A stretch of 64,000 bases of DNA, taken from a virus. The notes beneath the pieces are model-generated. The model searched no databases and was not told the origin of the DNA. It worked only from the letters and a program-made list of their open reading frames with translations. The stretch covers positions 36,465 through 100,464 of IMG/VR virus record IMGVR_UViG_3300048589_001082, one strand, 5' to 3'. The position numbers and the translations under genes were made by a program. Every line of letters starts with the position of its first letter. The first letter of the stretch is position 1. Below are positions 46,541 through 55,565 of this stretch, piece after piece.

Positions 46541-46957
46541 CTACTCGGCGTAGTAGGCCGCGTCACGAGCGTACAGCGCGTCGCTATCTGCCCACGGGTA
46601 CCACGTCTTCTCAAAGTGGTATCCGCTGCACCCCCAGGACGGCCAGCCGCTCTCGGAAAAGCCCGGCGGCTCTGACTCCGGGCTGCGCTTATAGGCAACC
46701 CGGAAACTGTTGTTGTAGGCCAGACGAAGGGCCTCGGCCTCGCTGTAAGCGGCCGTCTCGATTGAGACGGGCCGACCGTCCACGACCTCCGCCTTGACGA
46801 AGATCGAGGCGTCCTGCGCCTCGGCCCAGCGACGCTCGTCGTCTGTCAAACGAGCGTGCACGATATTGGTGAGCAGGTATTCCACCTGCATCAGCGTCGT
46901 CTTATCCGGCTGGCAGGGCACCGGCCCGCCAATCGCACCATCATCGTTGTAACCCAT
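46541..46957 (-). CDS. hypothetical phage protein
   Basis: GAGG RBS. Confidence 0.7.
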   Translation of the reverse strand: MGYNDDGAIGGPVPCQPDKTTLMQVEYLLTNIVHARLTDDERRWAEAQDASIFVKAEVVDGRPVSIETAAYSEAEALRLAYNNSFRVAYKRSPESEPPGFSESGWPSWGCSGYHFEKTWYPWADSDALYARDAAYYAE

Positions 46958-46984
46958 CTCGCACCTCTCTTGCCTTGCAAATGA

Positions 46985-48097
46985 CTAGAAGGGAATCTCC
47001 ACGCGGGCCATGCCGCGCGCGACCTCGTTGATGCGCTCGCGTTCCTCGGCCGTCAGCCCGTCGCCCAGGAACGCCGGCGGCGTCGGCTCGGCCGGCAGCG
47101 CGACCATGCGCCTGTCCAGCTCCTCGCGGACGAGATGGATGTAGCAGGGCAGACAGTAGACCGGCTGCCCGGCCTCATAAGCGTGGACGGCCGCCCGCCA
47201 CGGCCCCGGCCCAGCCTCGGTCATGCGCTGGGTGATGGTCTCGCCCACCCACAGCAGGCTGGGGAAACGACGCCTCACCACTTGGCCGCCCTCGAAGACC
47301 AGCCAGTAGCCGTCAACGTTCGACGCGTTATCCCACACCCAGGCCGTCTCGCGGTAGGGCTGAACTTCGCCGTATTCGTCCACGTCCGCAACGGCCGCAT
47401 AGGCGATCTCCGCGCGGTCGAATTCGTCGTCGAATCGGGGCTGAATGTCGGCCACGGTGGCGCGGTTGGCCGCCAGGGTCTTTTCGTACTCATACCGCCA
47501 CTCGCCCAGCGCCTGGACGTAGGCGTCTATGGCCGCCGCGCGGGCGGCGATGCGGTCAAGGGCCGCGGCGAGCAGCGCGTCCCACTCTTCGGCCCGCGTC
47601 TCGTCCAGCACGAGCAGTTGAGCGTGGGTCTCGCGGGCGACCGTCTCGTCGCGCGTCGCGGCTATGTTCGCGGTATACCACACCAAGGCAGCTTCGCAGC
47701 GCTCGCGGAACAGCCCGGCCATCGCCTCCAGCCACGCCAGCGGGCCGCCGCTCAACTCCCACTCATCCGGGCCGAAGAGGTAGAAGGTCACGTTCGCGCC
47801 GCTCAACTTCCACGCGCCGTCGAATTCCGTCTCCATGTCGAACGTCACCAACCCCTTCCAGACGCGGGGGGTGACGAGGAGGCGCACGTTGGCGCTGCTG
47901 TCGTACCCGTCAATACCGCACTCGCCCAGCGCCGGTTCCACGATGGCCCGCGCCTGGGCCACGGCCTCGCCAAATCGCCGCTGCCGCTCGGCCTGCGCGG
48001 CCGCTCTCTCGGCCTCCTGCTCTTGCCACCGGGCTTCGCGCGCCACGTGGGCCTTCGCCAGCAACTCCGTCAACCCGATCTTCGTCTCTGTCGTCAT
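46985..48097 (-). CDS. hypothetical protein ending in EIPF
   Basis: 370-aa ORF. Confidence 0.75.
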   Translation of the reverse strand: MTTETKIGLTELLAKAHVAREARWQEQEAERAAAQAERQRRFGEAVAQARAIVEPALGECGIDGYDSSANVRLLVTPRVWKGLVTFDMETEFDGAWKLSGANVTFYLFGPDEWELSGGPLAWLEAMAGLFRERCEAALVWYTANIAATRDETVARETHAQLLVLDETRAEEWDALLAAALDRIAARAAAIDAYVQALGEWRYEYEKTLAANRATVADIQPRFDDEFDRAEIAYAAVADVDEYGEVQPYRETAWVWDNASNVDGYWLVFEGGQVVRRRFPSLLWVGETITQRMTEAGPGPWRAAVHAYEAGQPVYCLPCYIHLVREELDRRMVALPAEPTPPAFLGDGLTAEERERINEVARGMARVEIPF

Positions 48098-48146
48098 AGC
48101 GGTTCTCTCTTGTTCTTCGGCCGCCCACGCGCGGGCGACCGTGTCT

Positions 48147-48746
48147 TTACTCAGTCTCGCGCTTAGTCAGATCGATGTAGACCACGGGCGGCGCGGGCTT
48201 GGGGGCGAACCCGGTCGGCCGGCACTCGATCTCGTTGGTCTCCCGCGCCCGAGGCCAACGCGTCGAGGCGCTCATGCCCAGCGCCTGGGCGCACGTAGCG
48301 CAGACGTTGTTGATCGAGCACAGTTGGGCATACACCGGCTCCCCCTTCCCCTGTTCCTTGAGCGTGGGCAGATAGCTGCCCCACTGGCGCACGAACCGCT
48401 CGCGCTCCTCGACATCCTCCGGGCCAAGCGGCTGCCCGGCCCGCTCGTCAGCGCGGTAGACGTAATCCAGCGCCGGAAGCAGATACACACGGCCGCAGAC
48501 CGAGCAGTGACCGTTCCACGGCCCCCAGACCTTGCGGCGCGTCTGTTCGTCGTAGATGCGCACTCTCCTGGCCAGCGCCGCCTGGCCGTCACGCGCCCAG
48601 GCGGTGACGCTTTGCTTCATCACGCCCCAGCCGCCCCGGCCCTTCGGTCGCAAGACCGTTACTTCGATGCGACCTTCAAACTCCGGGTGCTCGGCGGCGT
48701 AAGCCCGCGCGGCCTGGAGAGGGGTGGTCTTGTCCTTCTTCGTCAT
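48147..48746 (-). CDS. hypothetical protein with CxxC pairs
   Basis: CSVC...CATC. Confidence 0.7.
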   Translation of the reverse strand: MTKKDKTTPLQAARAYAAEHPEFEGRIEVTVLRPKGRGGWGVMKQSVTAWARDGQAALARRVRIYDEQTRRKVWGPWNGHCSVCGRVYLLPALDYVYRADERAGQPLGPEDVEERERFVRQWGSYLPTLKEQGKGEPVYAQLCSINNVCATCAQALGMSASTRWPRARETNEIECRPTGFAPKPAPPVVYIDLTKRETE

Positions 48747-48767
48747 GGCATCGCTCCGTAAAACCTG

Positions 48768-49091
48768 CTACAGCGTCAACTCAGCGATCGCCCGGCGCTG
48801 GGCCAGGTCGACCGGCCGCGCGGCCGTCTTGACCGGCGGCTCGTCCGCGACCGCGCCGATCTTGATGCGCTTGTCCAGCGTCCCCGGCCCGGCGGCGAAC
48901 CAGCGAGTGAACGCTTCCAGCTGCTCGCGGCGCACCATCTTGCGGCGGCCGACCTCGACCACCTCCAGCTTGCCGGGGTACTCCGCGCCGTGACGGGCGA
49001 TGGCCCGCCACACCGAATCGGCACGGGCCACGCCGAAGACCTCGGCCGCGCCCTGGCCCCAACACCACTCGCGGAAAGCGTCACTCGCCAT
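48768..49091 (-). CDS. excisionase-type HTH protein
   Basis: AAEVFGVA..SVWRAI...VGRRKMVRREQLEAF. Confidence 0.65.
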   Translation of the reverse strand: MASDAFREWCWGQGAAEVFGVARADSVWRAIARHGAEYPGKLEVVEVGRRKMVRREQLEAFTRWFAAGPGTLDKRIKIGAVADEPPVKTAARPVDLAQRRAIAELTL

Positions 49092-49572
49092 ACCGTTCCT
49101 CCACGTCCAATAGCAGCACCGCGTCGGCCGCCACGCGGCGGAAGGCGCGGCGCAGGCGGGCGTCGAGCGGGTACTCCAGCCGGTAGCGCCACGCGCCGTC
49201 CAGCCCCCGGTGGCGGGCCAGGCCGCCGTAGCCGACGCGCGAGCCGCGTCGCACGTACAGCGCCCGGCCGGCCGGGACGCGCACTGCCTGGCCTGTCGCC
49301 TTGTGGTTGCGGGCATCGACGTAAGGGGCCACGACCGCCCCCTGCCCGACCAGGTAATCGAACATCTCCTCGGCCGCCCCGGCCACCCCTCCCCGCTGCC
49401 AGAACAGGAAGTGGCCGTAGTGGACGCGGCACAGCCCCACCCCGGCCAGCGTGTGGGTCGCCGGGCGCTGGCACGGCTCGACCTGGCCGAAGCGGCGCAC
49501 CTGGTGGTGACACCGGCCGGGCACGTCCACGCGCTGGGCCAGATGGGGGTAGGTCAGGATGGTTCTGTCCAT
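49081..49572 (-). CDS. hypothetical protein
   Basis: C...C...LCRVHY. Confidence 0.65.
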   Translation of the reverse strand: MDRTILTYPHLAQRVDVPGRCHHQVRRFGQVEPCQRPATHTLAGVGLCRVHYGHFLFWQRGGVAGAAEEMFDYLVGQGAVVAPYVDARNHKATGQAVRVPAGRALYVRRGSRVGYGGLARHRGLDGAWRYRLEYPLDARLRRAFRRVAADAVLLLDVEERYGE

Positions 49573-49643
49573 AAGGGTTTATCTCCGCCCGCGGCCGTCG
49601 GGATGAATCGGGACGGCCGCGGGCTGCCGGGCGGGGTCTCGCG

Positions 49644-49829
49644 CTAGGCGGTCAGCGGGTAGTAGGCCATCCGGTCTGACGGTAGCCACAGCTCGGACAC
49701 CGTTTCAACGCCATCCCCCTCAGCCAGCACGTCCACGCGGCCGTCGGGGTGGGAGAAGTTCCAGGCCACCGGCCGGAAGCGGCCGCGCCCGTCCAGTTCA
49801 CCGTACAGAATCCACAGAAAGTCGAACAT
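49644..49829 (-). CDS. hypothetical protein
   Basis: GGAG RBS, MFDFLWI. Confidence 0.6.
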   Translation of the reverse strand: MFDFLWILYGELDGRGRFRPVAWNFSHPDGRVDVLAEGDGVETVSELWLPSDRMAYYPLTA

Positions 49830-49846
49830 GGTTCTACACTCCATTT

Positions 49847-49959
49847 TCGGAACGAATCGCAACCACCGTTGTTAAAAAAAGAGACGCTTACTGCCTGCCG
49901 TGGTTGCGATTCGTTCCAACCGTTAAGGAAATTATAGGCGCTGCGTCCCGCAAAAGCAA
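49847..49959 (-). promoter_or_regulatory. promoter followed by two inverted 20-bp operators
   Basis: TTGCTT-N17-TATAAT; perfect 18-bp inverted repeat GGAACGAATCGCAACCAC / GTGGTTGCGATTCGTTCC. Confidence 0.75.
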
Positions 49960-50004
49960 TAGGTATTTTGTCGTTTTGGCGCGCCTGTTATACGGCCGCG
50001 CCAC

Positions 50005-50967
50005 CTAAAACAATGACGGTTGCGCGGCCGGGCGGCCGGGGGCGGCCGGGGCGACCTCGGCCGCCTCCGGCAGAAACGTATTGAGCGTCCAGCCGTGGGC
50101 GCGGGCGAGGCGCTGGCGGCGGAGGACGGCCGGGGCCGGGCCGGTGGCGTCGCCGGTGGGGCGAACCGGGAAGTCCTCGCGCCAGCGGTTGCGGGCCGGG
50201 GAGCCGAAGTCGTGCAGCTCAAACGTACCGGCGATGTTGCCCTTGTAGAAGGTCGGCGTGCCCTGGGCGTCGAGCACGTCCAGGAGCGCGGCTACGTGGG
50301 CGGCCTTGGGCTGGAAGTAGCGTCGCCCGCTGGAGGCCGCGCCGACCACTACCCAATCCAGCGCCGGGTACTCCGCCAGCAAGGGGGCCACATTCCACGA
50401 CAACGGCTCGACCGACATCCAGACGATGTTGCCGGTCGTCCGTTTCGCCTCGGCCAGGCTCTCCAGCGCCACGCGCATGTAGCGCTCCTGCTGGGCGGCC
50501 GACAGCGCCCGGCCCATAAAGCTGTCCGGAGCGCTCGACGCGCCGCACCACATGTTCGGCGGCAGGGCGTCGAGGAACTTCAGGTAGCGGCGCGGGTTCT
50601 TGGTCAGCGCCTGGAAGGTGTTGCGCGCCCCGGCTCGCATGGCGTCGAGGACGGTGCGGACCTGGTCTTCCGGGACCCAGTGGCCCATCATATCCGACAT
50701 GGAGTCGATGAAGATCAGTTGCGGCGGCCCGGCGGCCGTCATCTCCTTCAGCGCCGCCGGTCGCCAGTAGTGGGCCTCGAAGCCCTGCTTGTAGTTGGCC
50801 GCCGCCGGGCCGCGCTCGGCGACGTCCTTGGCGTAGCAACCGGCCACCGTGCCGTCGGGCATCGTCCACTTGCAGTCGTGGAGGCAGCCCCCGATCGGGT
50901 TCAGCGTGGCGTCGCACCACTGAATTCCGCGACCGCCGGTCTTCATGTTGAACTGTTGTGTTGCCAT
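50005..50967 (-). CDS. DUF5131 (phage Gp37/Gp68, radical-SAM-like) protein
   Basis: IQWCDATLNPIGGC..C......CYA; IFIDSMSD; FQALTKNP; SVEPL; LDWVVVG; FYK. Confidence 0.85.
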   Translation of the reverse strand: MATQQFNMKTGGRGIQWCDATLNPIGGCLHDCKWTMPDGTVAGCYAKDVAERGPAAANYKQGFEAHYWRPAALKEMTAAGPPQLIFIDSMSDMMGHWVPEDQVRTVLDAMRAGARNTFQALTKNPRRYLKFLDALPPNMWCGASSAPDSFMGRALSAAQQERYMRVALESLAEAKRTTGNIVWMSVEPLSWNVAPLLAEYPALDWVVVGAASSGRRYFQPKAAHVAALLDVLDAQGTPTFYKGNIAGTFELHDFGSPARNRWREDFPVRPTGDATGPAPAVLRRQRLARAHGWTLNTFLPEAAEVAPAAPGRPAAQPSLF

Positions 50968-50968
50968 C

Positions 50969-51787
50969 TCACTTCTCCTTGTCGTAGATTTCGGCCGCCG
51001 GGCGGCCGTTGGTTACTCGCCCGTCGTACCCCGCCGAGGAGGCCGCCGCCCGCGCCAGGCGCGCCAGGTCGTCCTTGAGGTAGACGTCAACCGCGCCGAC
51101 GCGCACCGCCGGCACGCGGCCGGTGTCGCGGAAGTGCTTCAGATACCGCTGCGTGATGACGAACGGCAGGGCGACGCCGCGCGCCGCCCACCAGTCGCGC
51201 AGCCACGCCACCGCCTCGTGCGACGCCAGGAAGCTGTCGCGCTCGTCGGCCGTCGGCCGCGTGACCCTTCGCAGGCGCAGACAACGCGCGGCGGCGGCCT
51301 CGACCAGCATCCGGCGGGTGAAGGTCATTATCTTGGCGTAGTCGCCCTCGGTCACCGGCCCCTCGCGGCTGCCCAGCCGCAGCGGCTCCAGGCAGAAAGT
51401 GGTCGGGTAGGTCTCATAGAGCATCTTCAGGAACGTGCCCTCGGCGATGGGGGCGGAGCCGTGCTCGGCCAGCCGCTCGTTGAAGAAGTCCAGCGCCTCG
51501 CGGCGGCCGTAGAGCGCGTCCAGGTCGAGCGCGGGGGCAGGGGCGGAGCCGCCCAGCCACCAGCGCCGCGCCGCCGGCCAGTGGTCGCGGCAGAAGCCGA
51601 AGCCCGCCAGATGCACCGCCGCCGGACGGCGACAGCCGCGCGGCGCGCAACGGCCGCCCGCCGCCCGATCGATCTCCGGCCAGCCGCCCAGGGCGCGGCC
51701 GACGGTAAACGCCTCCCGCTCGCGCGGTTGCGGGCGGTTCCGTCGGCCGCGGCCGGTCGGGGTGGTGGGTGTGCTCATCGAGTTCAT
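50969..51787 (-). CDS. DNA-binding protein with C-terminal excisionase-type HTH
   Basis: FLASHEAV...YLKHFRDTGRVPAVRVG..VYLKDDL. Confidence 0.65.
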   Translation of the reverse strand: MNSMSTPTTPTGRGRRNRPQPREREAFTVGRALGGWPEIDRAAGGRCAPRGCRRPAAVHLAGFGFCRDHWPAARRWWLGGSAPAPALDLDALYGRREALDFFNERLAEHGSAPIAEGTFLKMLYETYPTTFCLEPLRLGSREGPVTEGDYAKIMTFTRRMLVEAAAARCLRLRRVTRPTADERDSFLASHEAVAWLRDWWAARGVALPFVITQRYLKHFRDTGRVPAVRVGAVDVYLKDDLARLARAAASSAGYDGRVTNGRPAAEIYDKEK

Positions 51788-51809
51788 TGCATACGCTCCA
51801 TTCGCAGTC

Positions 51810-51909
51810 AGTATAACACCCGCGCTAGTTGCCTGTCAAGAGGGACGTTGAAACTCGTCCCAAATTCGTGGCGAAAATCCTTGACAGCGATAAGGCGGGG
51901 GGCTAGAAT
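51810..51909. promoter_or_regulatory. back-to-back consensus promoters with central operator
   Basis: Minus TTGACA-N18-(TGt)TATACT; plus TTGACA(51881)-N17-TAGAAT(51904); operator 51844-51863. Confidence 0.8.
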
Positions 51910-51915
51910 CCGGTC

Positions 51916-52130
51916 TTGTTCCTCGGCGGCAGGGCAGGCCGCCATCTCCCGCACAGCGGCATGACGCGCCACCGGCCGTCCCTTCCCGCCCCACCGCGTA
52001 GCCTCAATACCGTTTCGCATAGCTATCTTGACCTATTGCCCCCTGGCTTGCCTGACCCAAAGGTAAACCCATGCTGCCGCGCCGTCGGGGTGGGGGAGAC
52101 GGCCGCCGGGGAAGCGTCCGGCGGCCGTCC
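51916..52130 (+). ncRNA. candidate structured sRNA, about 210 nt
   Basis: Consensus promoter upstream, 12-bp hairpin at 52098-52129, no convincing ORF. Confidence 0.45.
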
Positions 52131-52147
52131 ACCACGTGGCCACCGGT

Positions 52148-53536
52148 CTACAGGTTGACTTCCTGTCGTTGCAGGTTAGCGAACTTCATGAGGCGGGCGT
52201 TGAAGTAGACGTCGGCCGAACCGGTCGGGCCGTTGCGGTGCTTCCTGACGATGACCTCGGTCACGTTAGGCTTGTCGGATTTGCCGGGGTTGTAGTAGTC
52301 GTCGCGATAGAGGAACACAACCGCCGTCGCGTCCTGCTCCAGGGATCCGGAGTCGCGCAGGTCAGACAGATCGGGCCGCTTGTCGCCGCGGGCCTCGACG
52401 CCCCGGTTGAGCTGGCACAAGGCGACCACGGGGATATTGAGGTCTTTGGCGATCTTCTTCAGCCCGGCCGAGATGAGCGAGACGCGGTAGTTGTCGCTCC
52501 AGGCTTTCTCGTCCACACCCATCAGTTGCAGGTAGTCCACGAAGAGGATGTCCAGGCCATGTTCGGCGTGGATGCGCCGGGCCTTGGCGGCCATCTGGCT
52601 GGGGGTGATGGCGGCCGTGTCGTCGATCCACAACTTTGCCTCAGCCCAGCGCCCGGCGGCCGTGGCGAAGCGCGTCCAGGTGTCGTCGTCCATGCGCCCC
52701 TCTTCCAGGTCCTGGTAGGCGATACCGGCGTCCATCGACGCCAGACGGCGCGACTGCTGCTCGACCGACATCTCCAGGGTGAACAGGGCCACACGCAGCT
52801 TCAGCTTGCCAGCCATGTGAGCTACCAGCGAGGTAGCGAAGGACGACTTGCCCATCGCCGGCCGGCCGGCGACGATGTAGAGATCGGCGTTCTTGAACCC
52901 GCGCAGGATGCGGTCGAGATCGACCAGTCCGGAAGGGATGCCGACCTCCAGGCCACCGGCGTCGCGGCGGCCGGCGGTCACATCGTAGAGCGCGTCGAAG
53001 GCGGCGCGGGCGTCGGTTACCGAGTCGCCGGTCAACTCCCCGGAGACGGCAAAGACCGCCCGCTCGGCCTGGCCCAAGACCTGGTCGCGAGGCAGGGATT
53101 CGTCCCAGGCCAACTTGGCGATCTGCCCCGCCGCGGCGATGAGTCGCCGGCGCACGGCCGAATCGCGCACCATGTTGCCATACGCTTCGACGTTGATGGA
53201 GGTCGGCACGGCGTTGAGCAGACTGATGACCGTGCTCTCGCCGCCGATCTCCTCCAGCCGCTCCCGGCGGCGCAGCTCCTCGATGAGCGTTACCACGTCC
53301 AGGGGCGTCTTGCGGTCGTACAGGGCGCAGATGGCCTCGTAGACCCAGCGGTTGGCGGCGCGGTAGAAGTCCTCCGGTCGCAGGAAGGTCTGCACCTCGA
53401 AGACCGCGTCGGGGTCGATGAGCAGGCTGCCCAGCACCGCCTCCTCGGCCTCAATCGAGTGCGGCGGCAGGCGCTCGCTGATGGTGTCCATCATGCCGCT
53501 GTAGGCGGCTCCGTGGCTCGAAGGTGAATATGACAT
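52148..53536 (-). CDS. dnaB: replicative DNA helicase DnaB
   Basis: PPHSIEAEEAVLG; AGRPAMGKS; VDYLQLM; QLNR; DLRDSGSLEQDA; KHRNGPTG. Confidence 0.97.
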   Translation of the reverse strand: MSYSPSSHGAAYSGMMDTISERLPPHSIEAEEAVLGSLLIDPDAVFEVQTFLRPEDFYRAANRWVYEAICALYDRKTPLDVVTLIEELRRRERLEEIGGESTVISLLNAVPTSINVEAYGNMVRDSAVRRRLIAAAGQIAKLAWDESLPRDQVLGQAERAVFAVSGELTGDSVTDARAAFDALYDVTAGRRDAGGLEVGIPSGLVDLDRILRGFKNADLYIVAGRPAMGKSSFATSLVAHMAGKLKLRVALFTLEMSVEQQSRRLASMDAGIAYQDLEEGRMDDDTWTRFATAAGRWAEAKLWIDDTAAITPSQMAAKARRIHAEHGLDILFVDYLQLMGVDEKAWSDNYRVSLISAGLKKIAKDLNIPVVALCQLNRGVEARGDKRPDLSDLRDSGSLEQDATAVVFLYRDDYYNPGKSDKPNVTEVIVRKHRNGPTGSADVYFNARLMKFANLQRQEVNL

Positions 53537-53563
53537 GGTTACACTCCTTTGACTGAATGGTTA

Positions 53564-54913
53564 TCAGGCGGCCGCATAAATCGGTTGCGGCTCGCGGGTG
53601 GATGAAGGGCTGGACGCCCCGGCCAGGCGACCGGCGGCCGTCTGGTACTCGCTGATGAACTGGCGCTTCAGGAACGTCGCGTCGCGCTGTACGTCCATCG
53701 CCCGCACGCGACGGATGCCGCCGAAGGCTGAGAGCGCCGCCCGCGTGGTCGCGTCGAGCGTCGCCTCCAGCTCGGCGTTGCGGAAGTCGTTGAACTGGCG
53801 CACCCCGCGCAGCACCGCCTCCCACGCCGCCTCGGCCGCGGCGACGGCTTCCGGCGCGGCCCGGCGAGATGACGCGCCCGCTGCCGGCTTCCACTCCCGC
53901 GCCGCGCCCCAGTACGCCTTGACCTCGGCCGCCGTGGGGCGGCGCCCTTTCCAGGCGTGGTCGGCCGACGCCAACCAGTACCCGCCCGGAGCGGCGAACC
54001 ACAGCCACACCTGGGGCGGGGTAACGCCCTCGGCCGCCAGATCGCAGGCCAGCGGCCACAGGGGATCGGCGGCCGAATCGTCCCGGCCGGTGCGCAGTTG
54101 CACGCCACAGACAATCCCCAGCACCGTCAGCATCCACAGCCGCAGGGCCTCCTCGCGCACCAGTGGTACGCCGCGCTCCCCCTGGTGGTAGCGGCTCGGC
54201 GCGTAGAGCTCGTCCGGGGGACGCGCGGCCAGCCGGCGCATATCCTCCTCGGATAGCTCCATCGCCCGCAGCGACAGGGGCACGTGGGCCAGGAGCGGCG
54301 GCCGCGCCGGGTAGACGTTGGCCCGCGTCGGCGGCTCCGGGGAGTAGCCCTCGCGCTCCAGCCGCGACGGGCCGTCCGGGCGGCGGCCGTAAACGATCAC
54401 CGGCGCGGACGGGGCGGCAACCACGGGAACGGCCGCAGGCGGGGTGGCTGCTTCCGGCTTGGTCGCTTCCGGCTCGCCTGCCGCGCCTTTTTTTATATCA
54501 ATTAGTGGATCAAGAATAAGATCATCACTACGTTTTGTATCCTTACGTTTCGTAGGGGTACGTTTCGTATCCATACGAAACGTAGGTATACGGGTCGGGT
54601 CGAAGTGGGGGTTGTCTTCGGGGAAGTCATAGACAATGGTGTCCCACCGGAAGGTGCGCGTCGGCGGGTCATAGACTTTCTCCCGGTGGACATAGCCGTG
54701 GGCCTTGAGTTCCGCCAGCAGCGTGTTGATGTGGCGCTCCCCGTCGGGCGAGGCGCGGTACAGCTCCTCGTTGGACACCGACCAGTCGGCCGGCTTCTCC
54801 AGCAGGTACAGCAGCAGGCCGCGGGCGTCGAACGACAGGGCGGCATTGTTGATGACCGGCCGCGGCAGGATGGCGTACTGGCCGGAATCATAGCGCGTGC
54901 GTTTACTGATCAC
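53564..54913 (-). CDS. phage replication initiator (N-terminal wHTH)
   Basis: LSFDARGLLLYLLEKP.DW...ELKAHGY; internal iterons; upstream of dnaB. Confidence 0.85.
   Translation of the reverse strand: MISKRTRYDSGQYAILPRPVINNAALSFDARGLLLYLLEKPADWSVSNEELYRASPDGERHINTLLAELKAHGYVHREKVYDPPTRTFRWDTIVYDFPEDNPHFDPTRIPTFRMDTKRTPTKRKDTKRSDDLILDPLIDIKKGAAGEPEATKPEAATPPAAVPVVAAPSAPVIVYGRRPDGPSRLEREGYSPEPPTRANVYPARPPLLAHVPLSLRAMELSEEDMRRLAARPPDELYAPSRYHQGERGVPLVREEALRLWMLTVLGIVCGVQLRTGRDDSAADPLWPLACDLAAEGVTPPQVWLWFAAPGGYWLASADHAWKGRRPTAAEVKAYWGAAREWKPAAGASSRRAAPEAVAAAEAAWEAVLRGVRQFNDFRNAELEATLDATTRAALSAFGGIRRVRAMDVQRDATFLKRQFISEYQTAAGRLAGASSPSSTREPQPIYAAA
54488..54599. repeat. replication origin: 15-bp-period iterons plus AT-rich segment
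   Basis: TACGTTTTGTA 54529, TACGTTTCGTA 54544 and 54559, TACGAAACGTA 54574; AT-rich 54488-54528. Confidence 0.8.
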
Positions 54914-55202
54914 GACCTACCTCCTGCGGCTGAACGACCGTCCAGCCGACGATAGGGTATGTCAGTGGCGAAACAGGTATCTGTTGTCATCTCTTCCTCG
55001 TGAAGTGGTGGGGTTCATGGGTCTGGTTTTGGCAGTCGTGGACATGCAACATGAACCGCTCCGCTTTCCGGGAGAGCGGCCGCCTTTCGCGCTGGCTTGA
55101 GGTATACCGACGGTGGATCGACCGGCGACCCGCAGGTTGACTGGTGAACATCAACGCCTCCGACTAGTTGACACGGCCGCCGGTCTCTGCTAAACTAGCA
55201 GT

Positions 55203-55320
55203 AACCGGGCGATCACCTGGTTGGCAAAGGATAGCCTCCGGACAACCGGGCGTTTTTCCTTCATAGCTTCGCAAAGCGACTCCCCTTTGTTTTCCAGGCG
55301 CGGGGGAGTTTTGCTTTGTG
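55203..55320 (+). ncRNA. candidate antisense RNA to the replication-operon leader
   Basis: TTGACA(55168)-N17-(TGc)TAAACT(55191); terminal hairpin 55271-55319. Confidence 0.55.
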
Positions 55321-55326
55321 GTGAAC

Positions 55327-55355
55327 ATATTACCTCGCTCGACGCCTCACGGCAA
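55327..55355 (-). promoter_or_regulatory. promoter for replication operon
   Basis: TTGCCG-N17-TAATAT. Confidence 0.5.
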
Positions 55356-55421
55356 CACCGAAACCGAACATCTGTCCTCAGGGTGGTTGACGGCGATAGC
55401 GCCCGGCGCTATACTCCCGAC

Positions 55422-55503
55422 ATGGCGAACGCTTGTTCGCTGTGCTCCCCGCCCTGGAGAGCAACCCGAAAACCGGCCCTGCCCTGGCCGGTTTTCACTT
55501 TCT
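55422..55503 (+). ncRNA. candidate sRNA, about 80 nt, three hairpins
   Basis: TTGACG(55387)-N17-TATACT(55410); terminator GAAAACCGGCC-N7-GGCCGGTTTTC-ACTTT. Confidence 0.5.
55426..55439. promoter_or_regulatory. Gram-positive/Chloroflexota-type LexA box
   Basis: CGAACGCTTGTTCG. Confidence 0.5.
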
Positions 55504-55565
55504 CCGGCGCGGCCGTTCGGGACGAATCTCAACCGGCTCAGGCAAAAAAAGGTAGCCGACCGGCG

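Noticed and set aside
49824-49834. GAAC-ATG-GTTC as a LexA box
   Set aside because: Spacer is 3 nt, not 4.
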